Shown: positions 22,111-34,026 of the stretch, piece after piece
Layout: every line of letters starts with the position of its first letter
How positions within the stretch are numbered: position 1 is the first letter of the stretch
DNA from: Paraspadella gotoi
Taxonomy: Eukaryota; Animalia; Chaetognatha
Assembly: GCA_051294375.1 (NCBI GenBank)
Contig: CM119270.1
Span: 14,294,771-14,328,796 of the forward strand
Reading direction: 5' to 3'
Length of the DNA: 34,026 nucleotides
Notes under the pieces: generated by a model
What the model was told of the DNA's origin: nothing
Databases searched by the model: none
What the model saw: only the letters and a program-made list of their open reading frames with translations
Program-made: the position numbers and the translations under genes

Positions 22111-24060
22111 AATGTCATAANNNNNNNNNNNNNNNNNNNNNNNNNNNNNNNNNNNNNNNNNNNNNNNNNNNNNNNNNNNNNNNNNNNNNNNNNNNNNNNN
22201 NNNNNNNNNNNNNNNNNNNNNNNNNNNNNNNNNNNNNNNNNNNNNNNNNNNNNNNNNNNNNNNNNNNNNNNNNNNNNNNNNNNNNNNNNNNNNNNNNNNN
22301 NNNNNNNNNNNNNNNNNNNNNNNNNNNNNNNNNNNNNNNNNNNNNNNNNNNNNNNNNNNNNNNNNNNNNNNNNNNNNNNNNNNNNNNCAAAAACCGTAAA
22401 CAAAAAGCGAAAAAGAATCGGCGATCAAAACCTGAGTTTTAACATAAGAGACACGAGTGGTGAGGGGCGAGGAGGAAAGGAAAGGGAGGAAAGGACAAAG
22501 GAGGAAAAAGGAGGCAAACGGAGGAAAAGAAAATAATCGAAACAAAACAGAAACAAAAAGTCATCGAAAATTCGGCCGTGGAGCGCCGCGCGCACCCGGC
22601 AAAACAATGGCGTTGCAATATTGCGGCGCCGGAATGACAGTTGGAAACTCTGCGGTGCCGATGCAAGTATAACGGACAAAGAGAAGCAATTTTCTTCACT
22701 TATATATAGTTGATAATAGGGAAATACAATGGAATGGATTCGGCTGTGCAGTGCTGATACTTTTTTTTCCAAAAGGGGAATGAGACATCGATGAAACTAC
22801 GGCGCTGATACCACGCACTGCACCACACCGCACCGCACAGCACCGCACCCTCCAGGCCGCAACCCCGAGACACAAAAACAAAAGACAATCAAAANNNNNN
22901 NNNNAGACGACAATGATGACGATGGGTACGACGACGACGACGACGATAATGAGTAAGAATCGCGTCACAGCAAAACGAATATAGGTAACGAAATTCCCTC
23001 CCCTCCACAAATTCAAGTCATAAAGTCATAAAGTTACTGCATCTTTAAGAGTATCCAACAGTAAGAGGAGTACGAATCCCACATCCAAACCGGTGATGAC
23101 ATCCCTGCACCCGGCACCACCACCCGCCACCGACATTCAGCGCCCTCTGAGTTAAGCGCCCGAAAGCCTGAACCCGCAACGGCGTCGCGTTTGATTGTGT
23201 TTAGATGAAAGCCGCTGGGGACGGACGACGACGACGAAGATGACGACGATCAAAAAAACTCAGCGACGAAAAATAGTACGGTTTTAATGGCTTTACTTTT
23301 GTTTCCGGTTGAGTTTTTCTTACTAACTTTACTAAAATTATGAACAATATATATATACACGTAGCAAGTGTAACAGAAGAACATGATGCTGATGCTGAAG
23401 AGGACAACGTCGACGACGACGACGACGACGACGCTAAAACTGGCAACGAAGCCAGAAACTCTGAAGGATTTGAGGCCCAAAGCTGATGGTTATGGAAGCC
23501 TCGATTGCAACCAGAAGCCACCAGCAACAAGGAGANNNNNNNNNNNNNNNNNNNNNNNNNNNNNNNNNNNNNNNNNNNNNNNNNNNNNNNNNNNNNNNNN
23601 NNNNNNNNNNNNNNNNNNNNNNNNNNNNNNNNNNNNNNNNNNNNNNNNNNNNNNNNNNNNNNNNNNNNNNNNNNNNNNNNNNNNNNNNNNNNNNNNNNNN
23701 NNNNNNNNNNNNNNNNNNNNNNNNNNNNNNNNNNNNNNNNNNNNNNNNNNNNNNNNNNNNNNNNNNNNNNNNNNNNNNNNNNNNNNNNNNNNNNNNNNNN
23801 NNNNNNNNNNNNNNNNNNTTTGTTCCATGACGTCATCGAATGGAGATCTTAATGGAACGAATATGAGTCGCTGTTGATCCGATGGGCGCCGGTCGATGTG
23901 GTTGTTGAGAAAGGAGGAAAGAAAAAAGGAGGAAAAGAAATAAGGAGAAGTAAAAGAGAAGTAAAGAAGAAAGCAAAGAGGAAAACAAGGAGGAAAATAG
24001 AAAAGAAAAATTAGGAAAATTAATGAATAAAAAAGAAAAAAAGAAAGAAAGAAAGAAAAA

Positions 24061-24124
<64 letters not shown>

Positions 24125-25133
24125 AAAAGAAAAGAGACAACACCAAAAAATGTTCCATAGGAGCTTTCGAGGTCAGTCATCACAAACAACCGGCGATGAG
24201 AAGATATGAAAATGGATTCTTTCTCGGCGCCTGGCGTCTCTCTCTCTCTCTCTCTCTCNNNNNNNNNNNNNNNNNNNNNNNNNNNNNNNNNNNNNNNNNN
24301 NNNNNNNNNNNNNNNNNNNNNNNNNNNNNNNNNNNNNNNNNNNNNNNNNNNNNNNNNNNNNNNNNNNNNNNNNNNNNNNNNNNNNNNNNNNNNNNNNNNN
24401 NNNNNNNNNNNNNNNNNNNNNNNNNNNNNNNNNNNNNNNNNGCGGTGATGGCGGCGGCGGCGGCGCCGATAGCGGGGAGATGCAGTCTTAATGATTGTTG
24501 ATGCCATTGTTTTGACCTCCCGGGGTGGTGGCGGTTGCGGCGGCGGCGGCGCCTGTGGCAGCGGCGTCGGCAGCGGACGATCTTGCCCTTCTGACGAAGA
24601 TGGCTCCGCCCCGTCGTTCAAGAATTACATATTCCGGTTTTTTTTTCATTCATTCCTTTTTTTTTCTTTCTTTCTTTCTTTTTATCTTTCTATCTTTTCT
24701 TTCTTTCTTTCTTTATTTCTTTCCTTCTTTCTTTCTTTCTTTTTTTCTTTCTTTCCTTCTTTCTTTTATGTTTTTCATTTGTTGTTTATATTTATTACTT
24801 ACTTCTACAATCTTCACCACCTTTCCTTGAACCATTTCTCCCTTTCCTCCTTTTCCTCCCTTTTCTCTCCACTTCCCCACCTTTCCTCCCGCAACGCAGA
24901 TGCCAACCCTTTCCATCGCATGAGGAGTTATTCTTGCATAATCGTTTCCATTTGGCTTTTGGCTTTCGAAGGTTCGGCCCTTGTTTACGGGGATTCCTTT
25001 CGGAGTTTCCACCGGATGGCCGTCCTGCTTTTATTTCTTTGTTTTTCGTTTTCTCAATACATTTTTAAAAAATTTTTCTTTTTCATGCAACGAAATTTCG
25101 TTTGCAATAAAAAGGAAAACTGTTTCTTTGTTT

Positions 25134-25162
25134 GGCTGCCAGGCTGCCAGGCTGCCAGGCTG
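25134..25162 (+). repeat. 8-bp tandem repeat (GGCTGCCA)x~3.5
   Basis: ggctgccaggctgccaggctgccaggctg read directly. Confidence 0.85.
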
Positions 25163-25647
25163 TTCAGGGACAAAGTTACTTTTAACCTTTCATAGGTTTT
25201 AATTTTTATTTCAATCTAAATTTGTCTTTTATTTATTTTATGAAAATATATTAAACTATTTAGGGTGTATACTGTATACGCTTAACCTTTTTCCGTGAGA
25301 CTAAATAAAATTAATGACAGCAGGTTTATTTTTAGCAGTTCAAGTAATATTAATAAATAATACATACACGACTTGAATTTCAAAACAAAATTTAGCACGT
25401 AAAAACAAATAGTTCAAACACACGTAAGCTTTGCATGCACAGCGCACGCGCTCGTTGCAAAAACAAAAGCCGTTGAATAACGTCTCTGGGATATTTCCCT
25501 CAGCCATTCCTCCCAATGGCGGAAGATAATACCATTGCCAAAATTGCCAAAATCAACAAACATCTGGTAAATATCTCTCGCTCTCTTTCTTCCTCGAAAT
25601 CACTCTCTCTCTCTTTTTCTCCTCTCTCGTTCATGAAAATAAAAAAA

Positions 25648-25748
<101 letters not shown>

Positions 25749-25890
25749 GAAAGAGACGATCGAAGGCGGAACCTGCCTTCACTATTCGAGTCGTAACTCC
25801 GCCCTGCTTTCACCACCAAAGCTACATATCGGCCGAACGATGGCATTCTTTCATAACGAAAATGGCATTCCGACCACTCCCACTGTTTCT

Positions 25891-25988
<98 letters not shown>

Positions 25989-27172
25989 CGGATCGCTTTT
26001 TATTCCTCTTCATAACACAGAGACTGAGCGAGACAGATGAGGCGTCACAGAAGGAAACGCGATGGTGAAGGGGGGCGGGTGTTGTGGTTGGTGATTTAGG
26101 TGGTAATGGTTGTCATGCTATCGCAAGGGGTGTTTAATGTTGTGATGGAGTGAGTTTGTAGGTTGGTAGTGAATTTGACAGAGAGTGGAATATCGCCAAA
26201 TTCGTTGCAAAAAGTAAATGGTGGAATCGGGTGGTTGGGAAAGTTGGGTAAGTAAACTTGGTTGCTCAGATTTGTTTCTTGGATTCGAAAGAGAAAAAAA
26301 ATACTAAAAAAACGTTTTCGTTATGAGACAACGACGACGACAAACACGACGACGACGATGACGACGACGACCACGACCTCACCGACAATAAACAACAAAA
26401 CAAAGCNNNNNNNNNNNNNNNNNNNNNNNNNNNNNNNNNNNNNNNNNNNNNNNNNNNNNNNNNNNNNNNNNNNNNNNNNNNNNNNNNNNNNNNNNNNNNN
26501 NNNNNNNNNNNNNNNNNNNNNNNNNNNNNNNNNNNNNNNNNNNNNNNNNNNNNNNNNNNNNNNNAGAGAGAGAGAGAGAGAAAAGAGGAGAACGAAGGAA
26601 AAGCAAAACAACAAACGAGCGACGTCGTCACGATGTTTACGAACGACCGTCAGTCGAAGAACGTCGTTGCCAAGGAAACGAAACACAGATGCAGAAATCG
26701 GGGAGAACGAGAAGTCGCGTTACATCGGCTGTGAATTTTGTTGGTGGAAAACTTTTTTTTAAATTTCGCGGAAATTATTTCTGGGGAAATAGACTTGTTG
26801 GTGTTTGGTGTTTGTTTTATTTGTTTTCTTGTTGTTTCGTCGTCGTCGTCATCGTCTTTCTTCTGGTCAATGCCCTTCGCAAACGTCACGAGAGAACGAC
26901 AATAGAAAGAGGCACGTAAATCGGTATCGAAAGAATACTTCAAAATAGAACATAAAATCCAAAATTAAATTTGTAAAACAAAATAACTGTTGCCAATTCA
27001 AAAGCAGGAAGATCGAAATCTCCTTTGAAATAAAAATTTGAAAAATGTAATTCAACTCTTTAAATTAGTAATTCTTAACAAAGCAGTTTGCAATTGTAAT
27101 TATTACTTTTATGCTTCTCGATATCAATACTTTCTAAGTTTTAAAGTCCAAATCGCCGTCATCTCTAATTGT

Positions 27173-27297
27173 CATCATCAATCCCTTCGTCATCCCTCTT
27201 CCCATCGTCAACCCCCTTGTCATCCCTCTTCCCATCGTCAACCCCCTTGTCATCCCTCTTCCCATCGTCAACCCCTTTGTCATCCCTCTTCCCATCG
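27173..27297 (+). repeat. 30-bp minisatellite (CCCATCGTCAACCCCCTTGTCATCCCTCTT)x~4
   Basis: Units start at 27201, 27231 and 27261, with a degenerate unit from ~27171. Confidence 0.93.
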
Positions 27298-29040
27298 ACC
27301 CAATACTGACGTCTCCCTTCCCCACTCCCTCTCTCTTCCCCGACCGAAGCCAAGCGATGGAAATTGCTTTTTAATTTGCCCTTCTCCTGATCTGCAACTC
27401 TTTTTCTTTCGCTCGCGATTCGGCTATTCTCTCTCTCNNNNNNNNNNNNNNNNNNNNNNNNNNNNNNNNNNNNNNNNNNNNNNNNNNNNNNNNNNNNNNN
27501 NNNNNNNNNNNNNNNNNNNNNNNNNNNNNNNNNNNNNNNNNNNNNNNNNNNNNNNNNNNNNNNNNNNNNNNNNNNNNNNNNNNNNNNNNNNNNNNNNNNN
27601 NNNNNNNNNNNNNNNNNNNNNNNNNNNNNNNNNNNNNNNNNNNNNNNNNNNNNNNNNNNNNNNNNNNNNNNNNNNNNNNNNNNNNNNNNNNNNNNNNNNN
27701 NNNNNNNNNNNNNNNNNNNNNNNNNNNNNNNNNNNNNNNNNNNNNNNNNNNNNNNNNNNNNNNNNNNNNNNNNNNNNNNNNNNNNNNNNNNNNNNNNNNN
27801 NNNNNNNNNNNNNNNNNNNNNNNNNNNNNNNNNNNNNNNNNNNNNNNNNNNNNNNNNNNNNNNNNNNNNNNNNNNNNNNNNNNNNNNNNNNNNNNNNNNN
27901 NNNNNNNNNNNNNNNNNNNNNNNNNNNNNNNNNNNNNNNNNNNNNNNNNNNNNNNNNNNNNNNNNNNNNNNNNNNNNNNNNNNNNNNNCCCTTTCTCTTT
28001 CCAAGTGGCGCCGGTCGTTGTTGCCATGACGACGATTTGTTTATTCCGTTGCTCCCGAAACGCGATTTTGTCAACAAAAGAACAAACAAAAGAAGATCCC
28101 GGTCCGGAGGAGAAGGAGATGAAGGGAGGAAAGGAAGAGATGAAGGGGAAAGGAGGAAAGAGAAAGTTTAACGTGAACGGAATTGAAGGAAAATTGAACA
28201 AAACCGGGAACTCTTAACTTAAAACCAATGTGTATAAAAAAAAAAAAAAATAAATAAAATCCAACATGGAGGTTAAAAATATATATTTTCTTTTTTTTTT
28301 GCCAATTAAGTACTAAAAATGAATCATTCAAATATAAACATAAATATACTAATATCGCTTCGAATTTTTTATGCAAATAAAAAAAATTTCAATAATATAG
28401 AGTTTGAAATGTAAAATTACTCAGTTGGAGTCAAAAATAGACACGGAACGATTTTGCCCAAACGATGAAGACGGCGACAGCGAGATCCAAGACGTCGACG
28501 ACGACGACGAAAACAACAACCATCTTCGCCAACAACGGATTCCTTTTCAGGGAAAAACGGCTTCATTTCGTTTTGTTTGCTTCTTTGTTTCTGGATCAAA
28601 AGTTTGAGTCCCTCGACGTCGGGAAGGAAGAGTTTAAGGGAGAAGCCAAATTGACTCTGTCTCACTCCTTGGTTTCTCTGGGTTTATATCTTTATATTTA
28701 ATGGTTGACGTTTATGCTGTGTGGTAAAACTTAACAAACAAGGAGTTCATAAACTTAATTTATGTTCCTATAGAAATGAAAGTTTAAAGTCAAGATCTAA
28801 ACTTTCATTAACAAATAAAAATAGATTAAAAAATGAATGATGATCGTAATCCTCACCCAAACTCACCCTAATCCTCTTCCCTTCTTAAAGAGACCACCCA
28901 ATCCTCTCCTCTTCCTCTTCCTCCTCCAATAGGCCAACGCAGTCTCTCTTCAAATTCTCCCTTTTGTTTTGTATCAAGTCGCCGGGACGATTGACTTATG
29001 CGCGACTCGCGGCCACAACATCAACAAGAAAGAGAGAGAG

Positions 29041-29099
<59 letters not shown>

Positions 29100-29738
29100 C
29101 ACTGACACAGAGAGCGAGAGAGAGATTATGCCTCCAGTTGTAAAAAAGAAAAGAGGAGACTGAGTGAGAGTTCGTTTCGCGGCAATCGAGTTGCAAAACA
29201 CTCTCCTCTAAAAAAAATGGGGAAAAAAATGTTCACGTTTGGAAAAAATCACCCGGTACCGATGAAGGAGTTCAAAAGAGTAAAAAGGATTTTAAGATTA
29301 AAAAGAGAGAGGGGGGAGAAAGAAAGCCTTTCTTTCTTTGTTTACTTCGCATTTACATTTAACAAAAAAAAAATGGAGAAAATTAATATTCATGTTTTTT
29401 TCCAGAACGAATTTTCAATTAATCAATTTTGAAAAAGGACGAAAAAAAAAATTCTGTTTTTCGTCAGAATTTAGTCTTTTTTTTTCTCTGTCCTTTTTTT
29501 TCTTCTTTTTTTTTTAAAGAAGAAACTTTGGCGAATAAAGAAAAAAAAAGAGAATAAAAAAGTGGGAAACGCGCGTTGGATGTTTTGGGCTGAAAAACGA
29601 AAAACGAGGTTTGTTTATTCCGGTTTTTCTTTTGAATTCCCGATTTTCTTGTTTTTCTCAAATGCTTCATGTATTGCATTCATTTGCAAGTGATTGCCTT
29701 TCATGCGAGAGGCCGGACGGAGGGACAGTGGGAGAGAT

Positions 29739-29802
<64 letters not shown>

Positions 29803-29889
29803 ATAAAGAGGAAGCCAGTGTTTGAACCAAGTCTAGCAGTTTCCTTCTTTCATAATGGTACTTCCCCCCCCCTCTCTCTCGCTCTCTCT

Positions 29890-29941
<52 letters not shown>

Positions 29942-30044
29942 TAGCTCTTCACTTGGTTCTTCAATGACGAAATCATGAGCCATTGAGCGCGAGTTTATCT
30001 CCTTTTTGTTTTCTTTAAATGCAAATTCGTGGGGAAAAAAGAAA

Positions 30045-30110
30045 GAAAAGAAGGAGAAAAAAAAGGAGAAAAAGAAGGAGAAAAAGAAGGAGAAAAAGAA
30101 GGAGAAAAGA
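30045..30110 (+). repeat. 12-bp purine repeat (AAAAAGAAGGAG)n
   Basis: About five near-identical units; source of the spurious KKEK ORF. Confidence 0.8.
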
Positions 30111-30638
30111 GAAATAAAAAAGAGAAAAAGGGAAACTAGAAACAAAAAAAGAAGGAAGAAAGATCAAATCAAAAATAGACACAGAAACTTAAACATAAAC
30201 ATTGATTTCAAAGAAAAAGAAACCAAAAAAATTAAACAAGTAAAAAACATAGAGATAAATAAGAAAAGTACTACCAAAACAAAAAGAAGCAACTGAAAGA
30301 AAAAAAAAAGGAAAAAAAAAATTGGGATAAAGAAAGAGAATGAAGTGAAAAAAAAGAAAAGAGGAAAAGAAAAAGTAGGAAAGGATTCTGGCAACAACCT
30401 TTTCGAGTTTGATCGGTCGTGACATCAAAACCAAAACAAATAAGAAAACAAGAAAAGAGCCTTTTAATGCCTTAAGATTTTATTGTGGATGTTGCTTCGG
30501 AGCGGGAGAGAGAGGGAGAGAGAGATGGAGAATGAGGAAGGGCGAGAGAGAAAGATTGAGAAAGAGATAGATGGACGAAAAAAAATAGTGTGACGGATAG
30601 AGAAGGAGAGAAAGGGAAAGATAGACGGGAGGAAACAG

Positions 30639-30702
<64 letters not shown>

Positions 30703-33692
30703 ACCGGTTTCCATTTAAGGGGGAGGACTGACGAAGGCTAAAGAAAACAAAAACAAAGCCATGAAAATAATGGCCAAACAACCGAAGGAACGAAACGAAC
30801 GCTGAATTTTTTTTTCGACAAATGAAACACAGAAAAACACGAATCAATCCTGAAGCCAGTAAAGCATGTTTTATAAAAAAATAAATAGTTAAACTCTGCT
30901 TTTAAGTCGAGAGGTTAAACATGAATCGCATACTCAGTTGTTCAGTACGACGCATAAAATACATTTTGTTTATTTTAAAATAAACATTAATATAATTTCA
31001 CACAGTTTATAGAGGAGGTCACTCACTCCTGATTAGGTTTCATACTATTTTATAATTTTTATTTCATGATAAATATTTTGAATTTTTAGGAATTTACAAA
31101 AATTGACATAATGTGGCATCCCAATTAAACATTTTACGGTGAGTCGATCATTCGGAAAATTTACTTTCAGAAAGTTTTATAGGAGTTGTACATTTTAAAT
31201 AATATTCTTATTTGTATTTAACATAAATTTACAAAATAATGAGCACCTACCATTACATATATATTAATATAATACGATTTACTTAAATAAAATGTTGTCT
31301 TTTATTTATTCTCCTATCGTTATGTCCAATCCAAAAAAAATTAGTTCTTGAAAAATAAAAATTGAATCAAAAAAATTTTTTTTTTCAAATAATCTAGTCC
31401 TTCAAAATTCGTCCAAAAATATTCTTTAGAAGTTTGACTATGACAAAACATCTGCAGAAGATGATTAGATTTATTCCTCGAAACAAAAATGATTATATAA
31501 AATATACGAAAAACATTTTTAAAAAAAAAGTCGATATGGCGAAACACAAACTGTTGAGTTGATTCCATTTAATTTTTCAGATTTCGCTCGTCTAAGTTGA
31601 TTTCTTCTCCTTGAGTCGTTAACACGACTTTTCATTCGTAAAATGATCAAATGAAAATAATAATTAAAGGATTTCTGTCTTAGTGAAAAAACGAACTCCT
31701 GAAAGATAAGTAAAACGTACATGTCCGTTTAGTCGTGACATATTGTGACGTATTCTTAAGTAATAATATATAAGTAAAAAAGCCATATTTAATATGAGTA
31801 AAACCACACTAAATCAATATCAGCCACATATAATAAGGTATGTCTCAAAACTGGACCAGAAGCGCATCGAAAAAAAAACTTTGGATGGGCCAGTTGGTAC
31901 GTCGTTGCCAAAGTTGTTCACTCAATGAATGATTGATGGACGGTAAAGCAATCCGATACAATCTGCCCTGGGGCCACATTTGTTTCTTGCTTAAAAATAG
32001 AAAGAGAAAAAAAAATCACAACTTTAAAATGAGTTTTAAAAATTCCGCGTTGTTGTTACTTTTGAACGAAAAAAAAAATACACAGGGCTAAATAATCCTT
32101 CAGGTTTAATATCCACAGGAGTAAATAAATCCGTTGAGTTTTGAAGAGACAGTAAAACAAAAATCACGTATTTGCAAATAAATTAAAAAAAAGGTTCGTT
32201 AATTTGTTTGTCCCAAGTTTTTACTTATTTTCGGTTTACAGCGAGAAAAAAAAAACGCGGTGGACCTGAGAGAGGCCGAGAAGTGAATGAAAGTGGATGG
32301 AGACGTCGTCGTCGTCGTCGTTGTTGTTGTGGAGTTGTTGCTATGTTGTTGTTGTCATCATCAAACAAATAAAAAGCGGAGCGAACGCCCGAGACAACAA
32401 GCGACAGCGATGGAACGCGGCCCTCTCGACGAAGGAGAGAGAGAGAGAGAGAGTGAGAGAGAGAGAGGGGAAGTAAAAGATATTTTTTATTTCTTTTTTT
32501 TAATTTACTTTCTGTCTTTCATTCTTTTTTTTTCTTTCTTTCTTTCTTTATTTCTTTCTTACTTTCTTTCTTTCTTTTTCATCTTCAATTTCCTTCTTTC
32601 CCTCAAACTTTCTTCCCTTTCCGGTCGGGATTCCACCGCTGTCTTCCTCCGCGGCTTTGTTTGTGCGATGAGGCGCATCTGCTCGTGTTTTTGTTGTTGT
32701 TTTGTTTTGTTTATGCGTCACGTGTTTGTCGACATCAGAGGAGCGCGCGTCGGAGAGAGAGGGAGAGAGAGAGAGAGGGAGACGAGGTGGGAGACGAGGG
32801 AGGAAGGAGGAAGAGAGAGAGGAAAAGAGTGAGAGCGAGTTTGGGACGATGGAAGAAGAAAAAGTGGGAGGGAGGGAGAGAAGGAGAGCAGTATTAAAGA
32901 GTGGAAGAGAGGTAAGAAGTGAGAAGGAGGGTAAAAGAGAGGAAGTGAACGAGGAAAGGAGGGAGGAAAGAGGAATGAGCCGAGGGCGTTGTTAGAATAA
33001 AGTATAAAAGAAAGAGAAGTAATAGAAGGAGTAAGTGAGAGAGAAAAAAAGAAAAAGGTTGCGAAGGCGGAAGGGAAGGCATCAGACTGTAAAGCTACAA
33101 CTCGGAATGCTACTGTCTCATTAAGAAATCATAAATTATAAATAAAGGTAATCGGACGGTCTCAATCCTAAACAGGACCAAAGAAAGTACTAATCCTAAA
33201 CAGAAAAAAAAATAAAAGGCAAAATCGCCGAGTGGGACGAAGAAAGAGTGGAATCGAAAAGTTTTACTCTCGAATCTTGAGAAAAAGAAAGAGTGGAATC
33301 TGTAAGTGGACATTCATTACTTTTTATTAGATTAATGTTAATCTTTCCTATTTTTAGAAAATTATTCGCAGCAATTTATATAAAACTACAAATTAGAATA
33401 AAAAAGATAAGAAACACTTTTTTCTCAAGATTTTCCGTTGCAGATTCTACTCAGAATTCCGAGGGCTCCCGGCTCACGTAATTGCCTTGGCTAATGTTTT
33501 TTTTTTTGTTTTTGTTTTTTTTTGTGTTTAGGATTTGTTGGTTGTCAACGTCGTCGTTTTTGAGTGTTTTGTTGTTGGTGATGTTAATGTTGATGTTGTA
33601 TTCCACCGTGTTATTATCTTTAACACTTCATTCTATTAAATATATAGTTAGATATAGTTAATATATAGTTATATACTTGCTTTAAAAAAATT

Positions 33693-33724
<32 letters not shown>

Positions 33725-34026
33725 TAATTCTTTCTTCCTTTTTTTTCTTTCTTTCTTTCTTTTTTTCTTTGTCTCTTTCTTTTTTCTGATCTCACTCTTC
33801 CAAGTATTCGGGTGGGTAGTTTTTGTTTATTCAAAATCTCTTTTTTTTTCGTTGAGAAAATAAAGTAAACAAAAAGAGCTGGAGACTCGATTCAACAAAC
33901 AACAATAAATTAAGAAAATATTCAAGTTTTAACACATGACGTGATCTGACTTTAGACATGGTCTGGTAAAATTCATATTTGAATCGCTAAAACTTAAAAT
34001 TCTATAATTTTCAAATAAAAAAAAAT

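Noticed and set aside
23090-23190. Hammerhead-ribozyme-like words (ctgag...cgaaa)
   Set aside because: Lacks the CUGANGA core and the required paired stems.
27173-27297. 30-bp repeats (and the 32-bp repeats at 572-700) as a CRISPR array or coding repeat
   Set aside because: Units are contiguous with no unique spacers, there are no cas genes, and the context is eukaryotic.
33240-33300. Direct repeat AAGAAAGAGTGGAATC occurring twice
   Set aside because: Small local duplication with no terminal inverted repeats or other mobile-element features.

Overview
Animal (probably invertebrate) draft-genome scaffold, not prokaryotic. It is AT-rich with abundant CpG, dense in (AG)n/(CT)n, (GAC)n and (AAAG)n microsatellites and several minisatellites, and broken by many N gaps. 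Almost all ORFs in the track are repeat or gap artefacts. One convincing coding exon is present: a 369-nt, phase 1-1, minus-strand exon at 20663-21031. It starts (G)MSPAEIQNLWKEV, matching from memory the FoxP-family motif G(L/M)SPAEIQQLWKEV that lies between the Q-rich region and the zinc finger, so the window is most likely large-intron FoxP sequence. No intact zinc-finger, leucine-zipper or forkhead exon was found. The exon occurs twice within a 2.2-kb tandem duplication, one copy frameshifted. Blocks at 13.2-14.5 kb are inverted copies of parts of 5.3-9.4 kb. These duplications, three exactly 25-N gaps and the indel-rich divergence point to long-read gap-filling artefacts rather than biology. 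I found no well-supported new biological system. The best leads are a degenerate forkhead-like trace at 2482-2550, a phase-compatible candidate exon inside the possibly mis-oriented block, complementary microsatellite pairs, and a few enhancer-like or structured GC islands.
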